DNA of 64,000 nucleotides, from assembly GCA_963666275.2 (NCBI GenBank), contig CAXXOA010000003.1:160001-224000 (forward strand), read 5' to 3'. The notes under the pieces were generated by a model. It did not search any database and was not told the origin of the DNA. It saw only the letters and a program-made list of their open reading frames with translations. Source of the stretch: Oceanispirochaeta sp. GTDB lineage: Bacteria; Spirochaetota; Spirochaetia; DSM-2461. Position numbers and translations under genes: made by a program. Positions 1 to 9,762 of the stretch are shown here, piece by piece (the first letter of the stretch is position 1; each line of letters opens with the position of its first letter).

Positions 1-1
1 C

Positions 2-1423
2 TCTTTCCAATTGGAAGCAGGTACAGTCCATGCTTTGATGGGAGAAAACGGGGCTGGAAAATCAACTCTGGTGAAATGTTTTATGGGAATCCATATGCAT
101 GATCAGGGAACATTGGATGTTCTCGGGAAGGTATATAAATTTCAGCACCCGAAACAGGCAATTGATGCTGGAATTGCCATGATTGAACAGGAGTTGACTC
201 CTGTTGATGAAATGACAGTGGCAGAGAATATATTTCTGGGACGGGAGGATATTAAAAGCGGGATTTTCCTTGATTATGCTGCAATGAATCGTAAAGCCAC
301 TGAGATGATGAAACAGCTTGAACTCAATATTGATGTAACAAAAAAGATGCTTGAGCTGAGTCTTGCAGAAATACAGATGGTTGAGATCGCTAAAGCTCTC
401 TCCTATGATTCCCAGATCATCATTATGGACGAGCCAACAAGTGCTATCGGCGAGAAGGAAGTGGAAAACCTTTTCAGGATCGTCAATATGCTGAAGGAAC
501 AGGGAAAGGGTATTATTTATGTTTCCCACAGGATGGAAGAGATCTTTACAATAACTGATAAGATCACGATCTTAAGGGATGGAGAGTACATTGATACAGT
601 TGCTACCGCTGAGACCGACAGATCGGAAGTAATCGAAAAGATGGTTGGGCGACGCGTCGATGAAGAATATAAGACGAATAATATTCCCCGTGAAGATTTG
701 ATCCTTAAAGTTATAGGGTTTTCACAGAAGTCTGTACTTGAAGATGTCAGTCTGGATCTGAAAAAAGGCGAAATCCTTGGAATCTTCGGTCTCATGGGGG
801 CTGGAAGAAGTGAGTTTTGTGATCTTCTGTTCGGAGTGAACAGTAAAGATGAGGGAAAAGTTTTTATTGATGGTAAACCTGTAACGATCCGGAAGCCGAA
901 AGATGCTATGAAACATGGTATAGCCTATGTCACCGAAGATAGAAAGAACAGCGGTTTGTATATGAAAGGCAATGTAAAAGACAACATTGCTCTGGCATCT
1001 TTGAAGGAATTAAGCCGATTCGGATTTATCAGAGAGAAGACAGAAAAATTAAAAGCCAATGAAATGGTGGATCTGTTCAGAGTAAAAACAAGCGGACTGG
1101 ATCATCTGGTTGTTAATCTGAGTGGTGGAAATCAGCAGAAAGTCGTTCTGGGAAAGTGGGTTGCCAGAAAGCCCAGGATTCTGATTCTTGACGAGCCTAC
1201 GAGAGGAATCGATGTAGGTGCCAAGAGAGAAATATATGAGTTCATGACTGGTTATGTAAAAGAAGGAAACTCTATTATTCTGATTTCATCAGAGATCCCC
1301 GAGATTCTGAAAATGAGTAACCGGATAATTGTTTTTAAAGATGGAAAAATCCAAAAAGAGTTAACCAGAGACGAAGCAGATCAGAACAATGTGATGCATT
1401 ATGCTTCAGTGACACTTAAATAA
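2..1423 (+). CDS. Sugar ABC transporter ATP-binding protein (RbsA/MglA-like, two ABC domains); 5' end lies before the window
   Basis: GENGAGKST Walker A, IIMDEPT, LSGGNQQK signature, ILDEPTRGIDVG; frame open from the window start. Confidence 0.95.
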   Translation, partial: SFQLEAGTVHALMGENGAGKSTLVKCFMGIHMHDQGTLDVLGKVYKFQHPKQAIDAGIAMIEQELTPVDEMTVAENIFLGREDIKSGIFLDYAAMNRKATEMMKQLELNIDVTKKMLELSLAEIQMVEIAKALSYDSQIIIMDEPTSAIGEKEVENLFRIVNMLKEQGKGIIYVSHRMEEIFTITDKITILRDGEYIDTVATAETDRSEVIEKMVGRRVDEEYKTNNIPREDLILKVIGFSQKSVLEDVSLDLKKGEILGIFGLMGAGRSEFCDLLFGVNSKDEGKVFIDGKPVTIRKPKDAMKHGIAYVTEDRKNSGLYMKGNVKDNIALASLKELSRFGFIREKTEKLKANEMVDLFRVKTSGLDHLVVNLSGGNQQKVVLGKWVARKPRILILDEPTRGIDVGAKREIYEFMTGYVKEGNSIILISSEIPEILKMSNRIIVFKDGKIQKELTRDEADQNNVMHYASVTLK

Positions 1424-1434
1424 ACGGAGGAAGT

Positions 1435-2421
1435 ATGGAATCGGTAAATATAAAGAGAGGGATCAATAAAGATTTTATTACAAAAAAAGCAAGTGAGTAT
1501 GCCATTATTCTGGTTTTTCTGCTGTTTTGTATCATTCTGTCTTTTATCAGTCCCTATTTTCTTACAGGGCAGAATATTTTGAATGTATTCAGGCAGGTCT
1601 CCATTAACGGACTACTCTCTATCGGTATGACTTTTGTTATACTGACAGGAGGAATTGACCTGTCTGTTGGATCTGTTCTGGCATTCGGAGGAGTCCTGGG
1701 GGCCAGCCTGGCCAGTTCCTCCTTCGGCGGGAACGTCGCTCCCGCAGGCGTCAGTTATCTGGTTGCTCTTCTCGGTGGAGTTGTTCTGGGAGCTGCGACA
1801 GGCGGTATCATTGCCAAGTGGAAAGTGGCTCCCTTCGTGGTCTCACTGGGGATGATGAGTATAGCCAGAGGTCTGACATACATTTATACAAACGGTATGC
1901 CAGTTCCTAAAATAGACAAGAGTTTCTTATTTATCGGTAAAGGAGATATCTTAGGCCTTCCCATGCCGGTTATCGTTTTTATAGCAGTATTCGTTATTGC
2001 CTGGATCACCCTGTATAAAACACGTTTCGGACGTTACATATACGCTGTAGGAGGTTCTGAGAAAAGTGCTAAAATTTCAGGAATCAATACACGTCTCATC
2101 ATTTTTTCCGTCTATGTCATCAGCGGATTCCTTTCAGCTCTAGCAGGTGTGATTCTGACAGCCAGGACCACTGCAGGGCTTCCCCAGGCAGGAACATCTT
2201 ATGAACTGGATGCTATTGCAGCTGTTGTTATCGGCGGTACAAGCCTGTCAGGTGGTCAGGGAAGTCTTGTGGGAACCGTATTCGGTGTTCTTATCATTGG
2301 CGTCATCAATAATGGCTTGGATATTCTCGGAGTTTCTTCCTACTACCAGCAGGTCGTCAAAGGTGTAATTATTATTGCCGCAGTACTGCTGGATTCTTTT
2401 AGAAAAGTGAAAAACCATTGA
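1435..2421 (+). CDS. Sugar ABC transporter permease (RbsC family)
   Basis: GMTFVILTGGIDLSVGS, YELDAIAAVVIGGTSLSGG motifs; hydrophobic. Confidence 0.95.
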   Translation: MESVNIKRGINKDFITKKASEYAIILVFLLFCIILSFISPYFLTGQNILNVFRQVSINGLLSIGMTFVILTGGIDLSVGSVLAFGGVLGASLASSSFGGNVAPAGVSYLVALLGGVVLGAATGGIIAKWKVAPFVVSLGMMSIARGLTYIYTNGMPVPKIDKSFLFIGKGDILGLPMPVIVFIAVFVIAWITLYKTRFGRYIYAVGGSEKSAKISGINTRLIIFSVYVISGFLSALAGVILTARTTAGLPQAGTSYELDAIAAVVIGGTSLSGGQGSLVGTVFGVLIIGVINNGLDILGVSSYYQQVVKGVIIIAAVLLDSFRKVKNH

Positions 2422-2463
2422 GGTTTTCATTTTAATATTTTTTCTAACCTAAGAGGAGGTTCT

Positions 2464-3492
2464 ATGAAATCTTTAAGGAAGTTTATCGTAACCGCACTGA
2501 TTCTTATCAGTCTGACTGGAGCGGCATTTGCCAATGGTCAGAAAGATTCTGACAGCGGGGAGAAAACCTACAGAATCGGAGCAGCAGTCTATGGTCTTAA
2601 AGGAGAGTATATGAGGCTTTGGGCTACGGCTCTGGAACGTCATCCGGCTGTTGAAAGCGGATTGGTTGACATAACAGTTTTTGACGGTCAGTACGATGCT
2701 GGTGTTCAGCAGTCTCAGTTTGAGACTATGGCAGCACAGCAGTTTGATGCAATCCTTTTTGTTCCCATTGATATTGAAGCCGGAGCATCTGCTGTACAGG
2801 TGGCTTCTGAAGCAGGAATCCCTGTTATCGGATCCAATACCAGAGTAAACAGTGACATGCTGACATCTTATATCGGTTCTGACGACGTTAAATCCGGTTA
2901 TATGGAAGCCAAAGCTGTTATCGATGCCATGGGCGGAGCCGGTAATGTGGTCATTATCGAAGGACCTATCGGGCAGTCTGCACAGATTGAGAGACGGAAA
3001 GGAAATATGAAAGCCATTGAAGAGTATGGTGATAGTGTAAAAGTTCTGGAAATGAAAACTGCCAACTGGTCTAGAGCCGAAGCAATGAGCCTTATGGAAA
3101 ACTGGCTCAGTGCTCATCCCGGTGAAATCGACGGAATTATCGGTCAGAATGATGAGATGGCACTTGGTGCAATTCAGGCAATCAAAGATGCCGGTCTTAG
3201 TATTAAAGATTTCCCTACCGCAGGAATTGACGGTGTTACCGATGCCATGCTTGCTGTAAAGAATGACGAGATGGTCAGTATCCTTCAGAATGCTGTCGGT
3301 CAGGCTCAGGGAGCTCTTGATCTGGCTCTGAGAGCTGTTATCGGAGAATCCTATGAACCTGCCGCTGCTTGCTGGGACGATATGGAATGGGGAAGTTCTA
3401 TGCAGGATGTATACAATGTGCCCTGGGTTCCCATCACATTGGATAATGTAGACGGACTCCTCTCGGAAAGAGAAGCCCTGACTACAAGATAA
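2464..3492 (+). CDS. Sugar/polyol ABC transporter substrate-binding protein (RbsB-like)
   Basis: Signal peptide, YIGSDD, ANWSRAEA, NDEMALGA, GIDG motifs. Confidence 0.92.
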   Translation: MKSLRKFIVTALILISLTGAAFANGQKDSDSGEKTYRIGAAVYGLKGEYMRLWATALERHPAVESGLVDITVFDGQYDAGVQQSQFETMAAQQFDAILFVPIDIEAGASAVQVASEAGIPVIGSNTRVNSDMLTSYIGSDDVKSGYMEAKAVIDAMGGAGNVVIIEGPIGQSAQIERRKGNMKAIEEYGDSVKVLEMKTANWSRAEAMSLMENWLSAHPGEIDGIIGQNDEMALGAIQAIKDAGLSIKDFPTAGIDGVTDAMLAVKNDEMVSILQNAVGQAQGALDLALRAVIGESYEPAAACWDDMEWGSSMQDVYNVPWVPITLDNVDGLLSEREALTTR

Positions 3493-3502
3493 TTTAAACT
3501 TC

Positions 3503-3534
3503 GGTTCTATCAGCCCGGCACGGCTGATAGAACC
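3503..3534 (+). other. Strong intercistronic hairpin after the binding-protein gene (likely mRNA stabiliser)
   Basis: GGTTCTATCAGCC-cggcac-GGCTGATAGAACC perfect 13-bp stem, no U tract. Confidence 0.6.
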
Positions 3535-3555
3535 TGACAACATAAGGGTGTTGCT

Positions 3556-4332
3556 ATGATTCAATATAAAGAGTTTGACAAAAATTTCAACCTTAATGGT
3601 AAAAACGCCATAGTAACCGGCGGGGCAAATGGTATCGGAAAAGCCATAGCGGAACTTTTTGCTGAAAAAGGGGCAAACATATGTATTTTTGACCTTTCCG
3701 ATACCGGTGCGGAAGCCGCTGGCGAATTGGAAGAGAAATACAATATTAAAAGTGTTTTTGCCAGAACCGATATTACAAATTCAGAGAATATTCAGAGGTC
3801 TGTTGACTTTGCAGAAGAAAAACTAGGTTCTGTGGATATTCTGGTAAACTGTGCTGGAGTGGTATTCCTTGATGCTGCTGAAAATCTCAGTGAAAAAGAG
3901 TGGGATATCACTATCGCCGTAAACCAGAAATCCATTTTTCTTGTATCCCAGATTATCGGGCGAAAAATGATAAAGCAGGGGTACGGGAAAATCGTAAATA
4001 TGGCATCCCAGGCCGGAGTCATCGCTCTGGATAAACATCTGGCATATTGTGCATCCAAAGGTGCCGTTATTTCCATGACAAAGGTACTGGCATATGAATG
4101 GGCTCAGTATGGTATCAATGTCAATGCTATCTCTCCTACAGTTGTTCTGACTGAATTAGGGAAAAAGGCCTGGGCCGGCGAAGTCGGGGAGGCTATGAAA
4201 AAAACGATTCCCAATGGTCGTTTTGCCTATCCTGATGAAATTGCAGCTGTCGCTCTATTTCTGGCAAGTGATGCTGCAGCCATGATTAATGGTGAAAACA
4301 TCCTGATTGACGGCGGTTATACGATAAAATAG
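3556..4332 (+). CDS. SDR family dehydrogenase, D-threitol/polyol dehydrogenase-like
   Basis: TGGANGIG, YCASK catalytic motif, ISPTVVLTELGKKAW; operon context. Confidence 0.85.
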   Translation: MIQYKEFDKNFNLNGKNAIVTGGANGIGKAIAELFAEKGANICIFDLSDTGAEAAGELEEKYNIKSVFARTDITNSENIQRSVDFAEEKLGSVDILVNCAGVVFLDAAENLSEKEWDITIAVNQKSIFLVSQIIGRKMIKQGYGKIVNMASQAGVIALDKHLAYCASKGAVISMTKVLAYEWAQYGINVNAISPTVVLTELGKKAWAGEVGEAMKKTIPNGRFAYPDEIAAVALFLASDAAAMINGENILIDGGYTIK

Positions 4333-4414
4333 GCCTGATTGAAAAGAAAAAATCCTTTATTACAAAAATAAAGTTATACGAAATAATAAAAATACAGTGA
4401 AGTCCGGAGGTTAT

Positions 4415-4873
4415 ATGAAGATAGCAGTCGGCTGTGATGAAGCAGCTCTGGAAATGAAAGAAGTAATCAAAAAGCACCTGGAAGAACAGGGGCATACAAT
4501 TCAGGATTTCGGTGTGTATTCCACAGATCCTGTTCTCTATCCCGATATAGCCGTAGCGGTCGGATCCTCCGTGGCGAAAGGGGAGAATGAGAGGGGAATC
4601 CTCATGTGCGGAACCGGACTGGGAATGGCTATAGCGGCCAACAAAGTTCCGGGAATCCGGGCGGCAACCTGCCACGATTCCTTTTCTGCCCAGAGGGCTA
4701 TGAAAAGCAATAATGCCCAGATCATGACCATGGGTGCCCGGGTCATCGGCCTGGAGCTTGCCAAGAATCTGGTGGATATCTGGATGGATTCGGAATTCCA
4801 GGGAGGCGGCTCCGCCCCCAAAGTGGACAAGATCATGGAGTGGGAAAGAGAACTCCATAAATCGGCTAAGTAA
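4415..4873 (+). CDS. rpiB: RpiB/LacAB family sugar-phosphate isomerase (probably tetrulose-phosphate isomerase)
   Basis: CGTGLGMAIAANKVPGIRAA, SNNAQIMTMGARVIG; ATG 4415 after GGAGG. Confidence 0.88.
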   Translation: MKIAVGCDEAALEMKEVIKKHLEEQGHTIQDFGVYSTDPVLYPDIAVAVGSSVAKGENERGILMCGTGLGMAIAANKVPGIRAATCHDSFSAQRAMKSNNAQIMTMGARVIGLELAKNLVDIWMDSEFQGGGSAPKVDKIMEWERELHKSAK

Positions 4874-4893
4874 AAAAAGAAGGAGTACTGACA

Positions 4894-5895
4894 ATGCAGA
4901 GAATTATCAATGATCCCAATCTTGTTGTTGAAGATATGTTAAAAGGCTTTCTCAAAACCCATAAGGATATTGTCTCCCCTACGGAGCTTGCAAGGGTTAT
5001 CAAATATAAAGAGGCCCCCGTAGACGGTAAAGTAGGTATTGTAACGGGGGGAGGCTCCGGTCATAAGCCGGCCTTTGTCGGGTATGTGGGAAAGAACATG
5101 GTTGATGCAGTTGCGGTTGGAGAGGTTTTTGCCTCTCCCACTGCTAAAGCTTTCTTTCAGGCAATGAAAGAGGCTGATTCCGGTGAGGGTGTTGCCTGTC
5201 TCTACGGCAACTATGCCGGAGACAACATGAACGTCAAAATGGCTATGAGGATGGCCGAAAAAGCCGGAATCAAGGTGAAGACCGTTGTGGCCAATGACGA
5301 CGCCGCTTCAGCTCCCAAAACAGAACTGGAAAAGAGGCGCGGTGTGGCCGGTGAGATCCTTATGTGGAAAGCCGGCGGGGCCAAAGCGGCTCTGGGCGGA
5401 AGTCTGGATGAAGTCATTGCGGCGGCGCAGAAAGCCATCGATAATACCAGGAGTGTGGGAATCGGTCTTACATCCTGTACGATCCCTGCGGTGGGGCATC
5501 CCAATTTCTCTATTGAAGAGGGAACCATGGAAGTGGGGATCGGACATCATGGAGAACCGGGCATTAAAGTGGAAAAATTGAAATCCGCCGATGAGATGGC
5601 TCAGGAAATGGTGGATGTTATTGTTCCGGATCTTCCATTTGAAAAGGGACATGAGGTGGTTGTCCTTTTATCCGGTCTGGGGGCCACTCCGGTAATGGAA
5701 CTGTATATACTCTATAATAAAATAGAAGAGCTCCTGGCGGAAAAAGGGATTACTGTCTACAGGTCCTATGTGGGGAATCTTTTTACCTCCCTTGAAATGA
5801 TGGGTGCCACACTGACAGTGATGAAGCTGGATGATGAGCTGAAGCCCCTGATGGACATGGAAATAAACACAATGGGATTGAAACAGTTCTCATAA
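4894..5895 (+). CDS. dhaK: Dihydroxyacetone/erythrulose kinase subunit K
   Basis: GGGSGH, NYAGD, RRGVAG, GIGHHGEPG motifs. Confidence 0.92.
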   Translation: MQRIINDPNLVVEDMLKGFLKTHKDIVSPTELARVIKYKEAPVDGKVGIVTGGGSGHKPAFVGYVGKNMVDAVAVGEVFASPTAKAFFQAMKEADSGEGVACLYGNYAGDNMNVKMAMRMAEKAGIKVKTVVANDDAASAPKTELEKRRGVAGEILMWKAGGAKAALGGSLDEVIAAAQKAIDNTRSVGIGLTSCTIPAVGHPNFSIEEGTMEVGIGHHGEPGIKVEKLKSADEMAQEMVDVIVPDLPFEKGHEVVVLLSGLGATPVMELYILYNKIEELLAEKGITVYRSYVGNLFTSLEMMGATLTVMKLDDELKPLMDMEINTMGLKQFS

Positions 5896-5914
5896 AAAAT
5901 AGGAGTAATAAAAA

Positions 5915-6559
5915 ATGGGTGATACTTTTAAAAACAGCAGCGCTCAGGTTGTGGTTGAGAATCTGGTGGTCTGTATAAAGAAAAATGTAGAGTATCTGAG
6001 TGAAGTGGACGGTAAGATCGCCGATGGCGATCACGGGATCAATATGCAGAAGGGGTTTACCATTACCGGTCAGAGGATCGAAGGGAAATCCCTGAGCTAT
6101 ACAGACGCTCTGAATGTACTGGGTGATGTTCTTGTTTCTGAAATCGGCGGTTCCATGGGACCGATCTACGGAAGTTATTTCATTGAACTGGGAGACGGAT
6201 GCCAGGGGGTGGAGGATATTGATAAAGCCACCTTCCTGAAATCCTACGAGACAGCACTGGAAGTTGTCCTTTCCCTGGGAACAGCCCAGCTGGGAGATAA
6301 AACCATGCTGGATGCGATGATTCCCGGAATCAATGCCCTGAAAGCGGCAGTAGAGGCGGATAAGCCTTTTGCGGTCTGCCTGGATGAAATGACCGCAGCG
6401 GCGAAAACCGGCATGGAAGCCACAAAAGACATGATTGCCAAGGTCGGAAGATCCGCCCGTCTGGGAGAACGTTCAAGAGGTGTTCTTGATGCCGGGGCTG
6501 TTTCCTGTTTTCTGATAATTGAAGATATGGGAAACTCAATAAAAAAACTGCTGCAGTAA
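5915..6559 (+). CDS. dhaL: Dihydroxyacetone/erythrulose kinase subunit L
   Basis: DGDHG, GGSMGPIYG, GDKTMLDA, GRSARLGERSRG.D.GA motifs. Confidence 0.92.
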   Translation: MGDTFKNSSAQVVVENLVVCIKKNVEYLSEVDGKIADGDHGINMQKGFTITGQRIEGKSLSYTDALNVLGDVLVSEIGGSMGPIYGSYFIELGDGCQGVEDIDKATFLKSYETALEVVLSLGTAQLGDKTMLDAMIPGINALKAAVEADKPFAVCLDEMTAAAKTGMEATKDMIAKVGRSARLGERSRGVLDAGAVSCFLIIEDMGNSIKKLLQ

Positions 6560-6582
6560 AAAAGAATTCCTCCTAATTCTTT

Positions 6583-6617
6583 AACCGGAAATATCAGTCT
6601 GAAATTTCCGGTTTTTC
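6583..6617 (+). terminator. Rho-independent terminator of the polyol operon
   Basis: AACCGGAAAT...ATTTCCGGTT stem followed by T run. Confidence 0.75.
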
Positions 6618-6793
6618 AATTTATAAAACCATTAATCCGAGTTTTAAACAGTCACCAGCGAACCTTATTCATAAGTAAACGTCCCTGCAATTATATATTG
6701 GTGTAGTAAATTGCTAAATATCACTTTTTAGATAACTGGATTCTGTAAAATAACGTAAAAAAATGCCAAACTAGGTATTGTTTTTCAAGCTGT

Positions 6794-6821
6794 TTGACAA
6801 AAATCCTATTAATGTTATGAT
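6794..6821 (+). promoter_or_regulatory. sigma70-type promoter for ablAB
   Basis: TTGACA-16nt-TATGAT with extended -10 TG. Confidence 0.65.
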
Positions 6822-7061
6822 AAAGGAAGGTTTTTCAGAGTCGAGGTAAAAGTATCCCCTGTGGTTATCCTCTGAAATCGTTTCTTTTGAATTAATCTTC
6901 AAAATACAAATTTTACACCGTTACTGTTATTTTTTTACTGATAAAAAAGTCTGAAAATAGAAGGTCTCATCATTTTCATTTCGACCGGGGGAGTCTGTAG
7001 ATTTACTGACTCTGCAGCGGTGTATGTAAGGCATATTCATGCCTTAAAGGAATCACGTATT

Positions 7062-8372
7062 ATGGTTTACACGGAAAACCAGCAGAATATTGCGGAAGCA
7101 ATCGATGAATCTGCCAGTATCGAAAACTGGAAAAACTGGCACTGGCAGCTTCGGAACAGCATTCAGGATCTTGATGAGCTCACAGAGATCCTGGGGATCT
7201 CCATCGATCCAGTCCGAAAGGGGAAACTGGAGGAAACCCTTGAAAAATTCCCCATGAGCATTACCCCCTACTATCTCTCACTGATCCAGTGCGATGATTT
7301 TATGAATGACCCCATTTTCAAACAGGCTGTACCGGAACCTGAAGAGCTTGTGCTGACCGAGTGCGATATGAGGGATCCCCTGGCGGAGGACAAGGATTCT
7401 CCCGTTCCGCACCTGACCCATCGCTATCCCGACCGGGTGCTGCTCCATGCGAGCAACACCTGCTCCATGTACTGCCGACACTGCACCAGAAAGCGGAAGG
7501 TGGGGGACCAGGACAGGATCCCCGGATTTGAGGAACTCAAACCGGCTCTGGAGTATATCGATAATCATCCGGAAGTCCGGGATGTCCTGATTTCCGGAGG
7601 AGACCCCCTGATGCTGAGCGACAAAGCTCTGGACCGGCTGCTCGGCGCAGTCAGCGCCATTCCCCATGTGGAGATTATACGGATCGGAAGCCGTATGCCT
7701 GTGGTTCTGCCCTACAGGATCACCGAAGAGCTGATTGCGGTTTTAAGCAAATACAAACCCCTGTATCTGAATACTCACTTCAATCATCCCCGGGAGGTAA
7801 CCCGGTCGTCCCGGAATGCCCTGGCCCGTCTGGCCGATGCGGGCATTGTTCTGGGAAACCAGTCTGTCCTCCTGGCGGGAGTGAACGACTGCCCCCGCAT
7901 CCTGAAGTCCCTGTTTCAGAAGATGCTTCAGAACCGGGTGCGGCCCTACTACCTCTACCAGTGCGATCTTTCCGAAGGGCTATCCCACTTCCGGACTCCT
8001 GTGGGGAAAGGGATCGAAATAATGGAAAGCCTGATAGGACACACCTCCGGTCTGGCTGTACCCACCTATGTGATTGATGCGCCCGGCGGAGGAGGGAAGA
8101 TCCCTGTGATGCCCCAGTACCTGATCTCCTGGTCTACCAACAAAGTGGTTTTAAGAAACTACGAAGGGGTGATCACAACCTACAAAGAGCCCGACTCGTA
8201 TGAGCCCTATTACTGTGACAGAAAGTGTGAAAGCTGTGATTTACAGCTCAAGCTGGATGATGCGGTGGAGGCTGATCCTATCGGTATCCAGCAGCTTCTG
8301 GCGGATCATGACAGGACTATCTCGTTTACTCCCAGCGGGAATGACAGGATGGAACGAAGGGAGGATTTCTGA
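7062..8372 (+). CDS. ablA: Lysine 2,3-aminomutase (radical SAM)
   Basis: [37 protein letters not shown]; adjacent to beta-lysine acetyltransferase; ATG 7062 after AAAGGA. Confidence 0.93.
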   Translation: MVYTENQQNIAEAIDESASIENWKNWHWQLRNSIQDLDELTEILGISIDPVRKGKLEETLEKFPMSITPYYLSLIQCDDFMNDPIFKQAVPEPEELVLTECDMRDPLAEDKDSPVPHLTHRYPDRVLLHASNTCSMYCRHCTRKRKVGDQDRIPGFEELKPALEYIDNHPEVRDVLISGGDPLMLSDKALDRLLGAVSAIPHVEIIRIGSRMPVVLPYRITEELIAVLSKYKPLYLNTHFNHPREVTRSSRNALARLADAGIVLGNQSVLLAGVNDCPRILKSLFQKMLQNRVRPYYLYQCDLSEGLSHFRTPVGKGIEIMESLIGHTSGLAVPTYVIDAPGGGGKIPVMPQYLISWSTNKVVLRNYEGVITTYKEPDSYEPYYCDRKCESCDLQLKLDDAVEADPIGIQQLLADHDRTISFTPSGNDRMERREDF

Positions 8373-9208
8373 TGGACACGCAGGACTATCTTGACGGTGC
8401 ACTGATACAGCACGGCAGCGCCAGCGACAGGATATATCTGATGGGGTATACACCCGACAGCAGGGAAAGGCTCTATCTGGAGATGATGTCTCTGGCCAAA
8501 AAAGAGAACTACGGAAAAATCTTTATCAAAGTTCCCCAGATGGACGAGGATTTTTTTGAAGTAAGGGGGTTCCGCCGTGAGGCCGTGATTCCCCGGTACT
8601 ACCCCGACGGCGACTGCATTCTCATGGGGAAGTATCTGAAAGAAGAAAGGAAGTGGATCCCCGAAAAGGAGAAAAACACGATCGAAAGGGTCCTGGAGTT
8701 CTCTGTGAAAAACGAAAATACCCTGGAAGAGGCCAACCCTGTTTCGGCCTTTTCCTTTGAGCTCCTCACGGAGGAACATATAGTGGATATGGCCGCGCTG
8801 TATGCCAGAGTGTTTGACAGCTACCCCTTTCCGATCCACGATCCCGAATATCTGAGAGAGACCATGGCCAGCCATATCTACTATTTCGGCTGTTTTATCG
8901 ATGATCGTCTTGTAGGAGTCTCCTCGGCGGAAACGGATGTAAAAAACGGTACCGCCGAAATGACGGACTTTGCTGTCCTCCCCGACTTCAGAGGGTACAA
9001 GCTGGCCTACAGGCTTCTGCAGGAGATGGAGGAGTTTATTACAAACAGAGGATTCCGGGTGGCCTATACCATAGCCCGGGCTGTGTCTTACGGTATGAAT
9101 AAAACCTTTGCCAATGCCGACTATACCTATGGCGGCACCCTGGTAAACAATACCCAGATCAGCGGTAAAATCGAAAGCATGAATGTATGGCATAAGGATC
9201 TTCTTTAA
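8372..9208 (+). CDS. ablB: beta-lysine N6-acetyltransferase (GNAT)
   Basis: YPFPIHDP, AEMTDFA, YTIARA.SYGMN, GTLVNNTQISG.IESMNVW; overlaps ablA stop. Confidence 0.92.
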   Translation: MDTQDYLDGALIQHGSASDRIYLMGYTPDSRERLYLEMMSLAKKENYGKIFIKVPQMDEDFFEVRGFRREAVIPRYYPDGDCILMGKYLKEERKWIPEKEKNTIERVLEFSVKNENTLEEANPVSAFSFELLTEEHIVDMAALYARVFDSYPFPIHDPEYLRETMASHIYYFGCFIDDRLVGVSSAETDVKNGTAEMTDFAVLPDFRGYKLAYRLLQEMEEFITNRGFRVAYTIARAVSYGMNKTFANADYTYGGTLVNNTQISGKIESMNVWHKDLL

Positions 9209-9351
9209 CCGGAAAACAGAGCTCCGCGGAAGGGGAGGGGACCCTTCCTGACCGAAGGAGCTTGCTGAGATGGGATCTTTAGTGGATGATGGGAGGAGGA
9301 GAGGATGTTTCCTCCTCCTGAGACATTGTAACCAATGAAAGGGTATTTAAC

Positions 9352-9711
9352 ATGCATTTCAACCATCTTGCCATCCGCGTTAAAGATATTGATGAATCCA
9401 TCGGTTTTTACGAAAAAATGACAGAGCTGAAAATCTCAGAACGCTTTTCCTACGAAAGCGCCGAGATCGCCTATCTGGAGGACCGGGAAGGGGCCACCAA
9501 AATAGAGCTCATCTATTTTCCCGATCAGCCCACCTTTGAAGGATCGGGCCTTGTGGTGTGTTTTCTCTGCGATGATCTTGAGCAGCACCATCAAACTGTG
9601 ACAGAGGCGGGGCTGAATCCCTCGGAGATCCGCAATCCCGATCCGTCGAATTTCTACTTTTTCGTTTATGACCCCAACGGGGTTTCCATTCAGTTCAAAC
9701 AGAAACTTTAA
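9352..9711 (+). CDS. VOC/glyoxalase family protein
   Basis: NHLAIRVKD..SIGFY, FVYDPNG motifs. Confidence 0.85.
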   Translation: MHFNHLAIRVKDIDESIGFYEKMTELKISERFSYESAEIAYLEDREGATKIELIYFPDQPTFEGSGLVVCFLCDDLEQHHQTVTEAGLNPSEIRNPDPSNFYFFVYDPNGVSIQFKQKL

Positions 9712-9762
9712 AATCCCCCGGGCCTGCCCTGCCGGCGGGTTCGCAATTCCAAGGAGACAGCC

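Noticed and set aside
2473..3564. Long antisense ORFs (also 8306-9193, 9907-10569, 40657-41286, 60279-61145 and others)
   Set aside because: Shadow frames opposite well-supported genes, with no recognisable motifs.
6828..7061. Lysine or c-di-AMP riboswitch upstream of ablA
   Set aside because: The conserved sequence elements of these families were not recognisable; only generic hairpins are visible.
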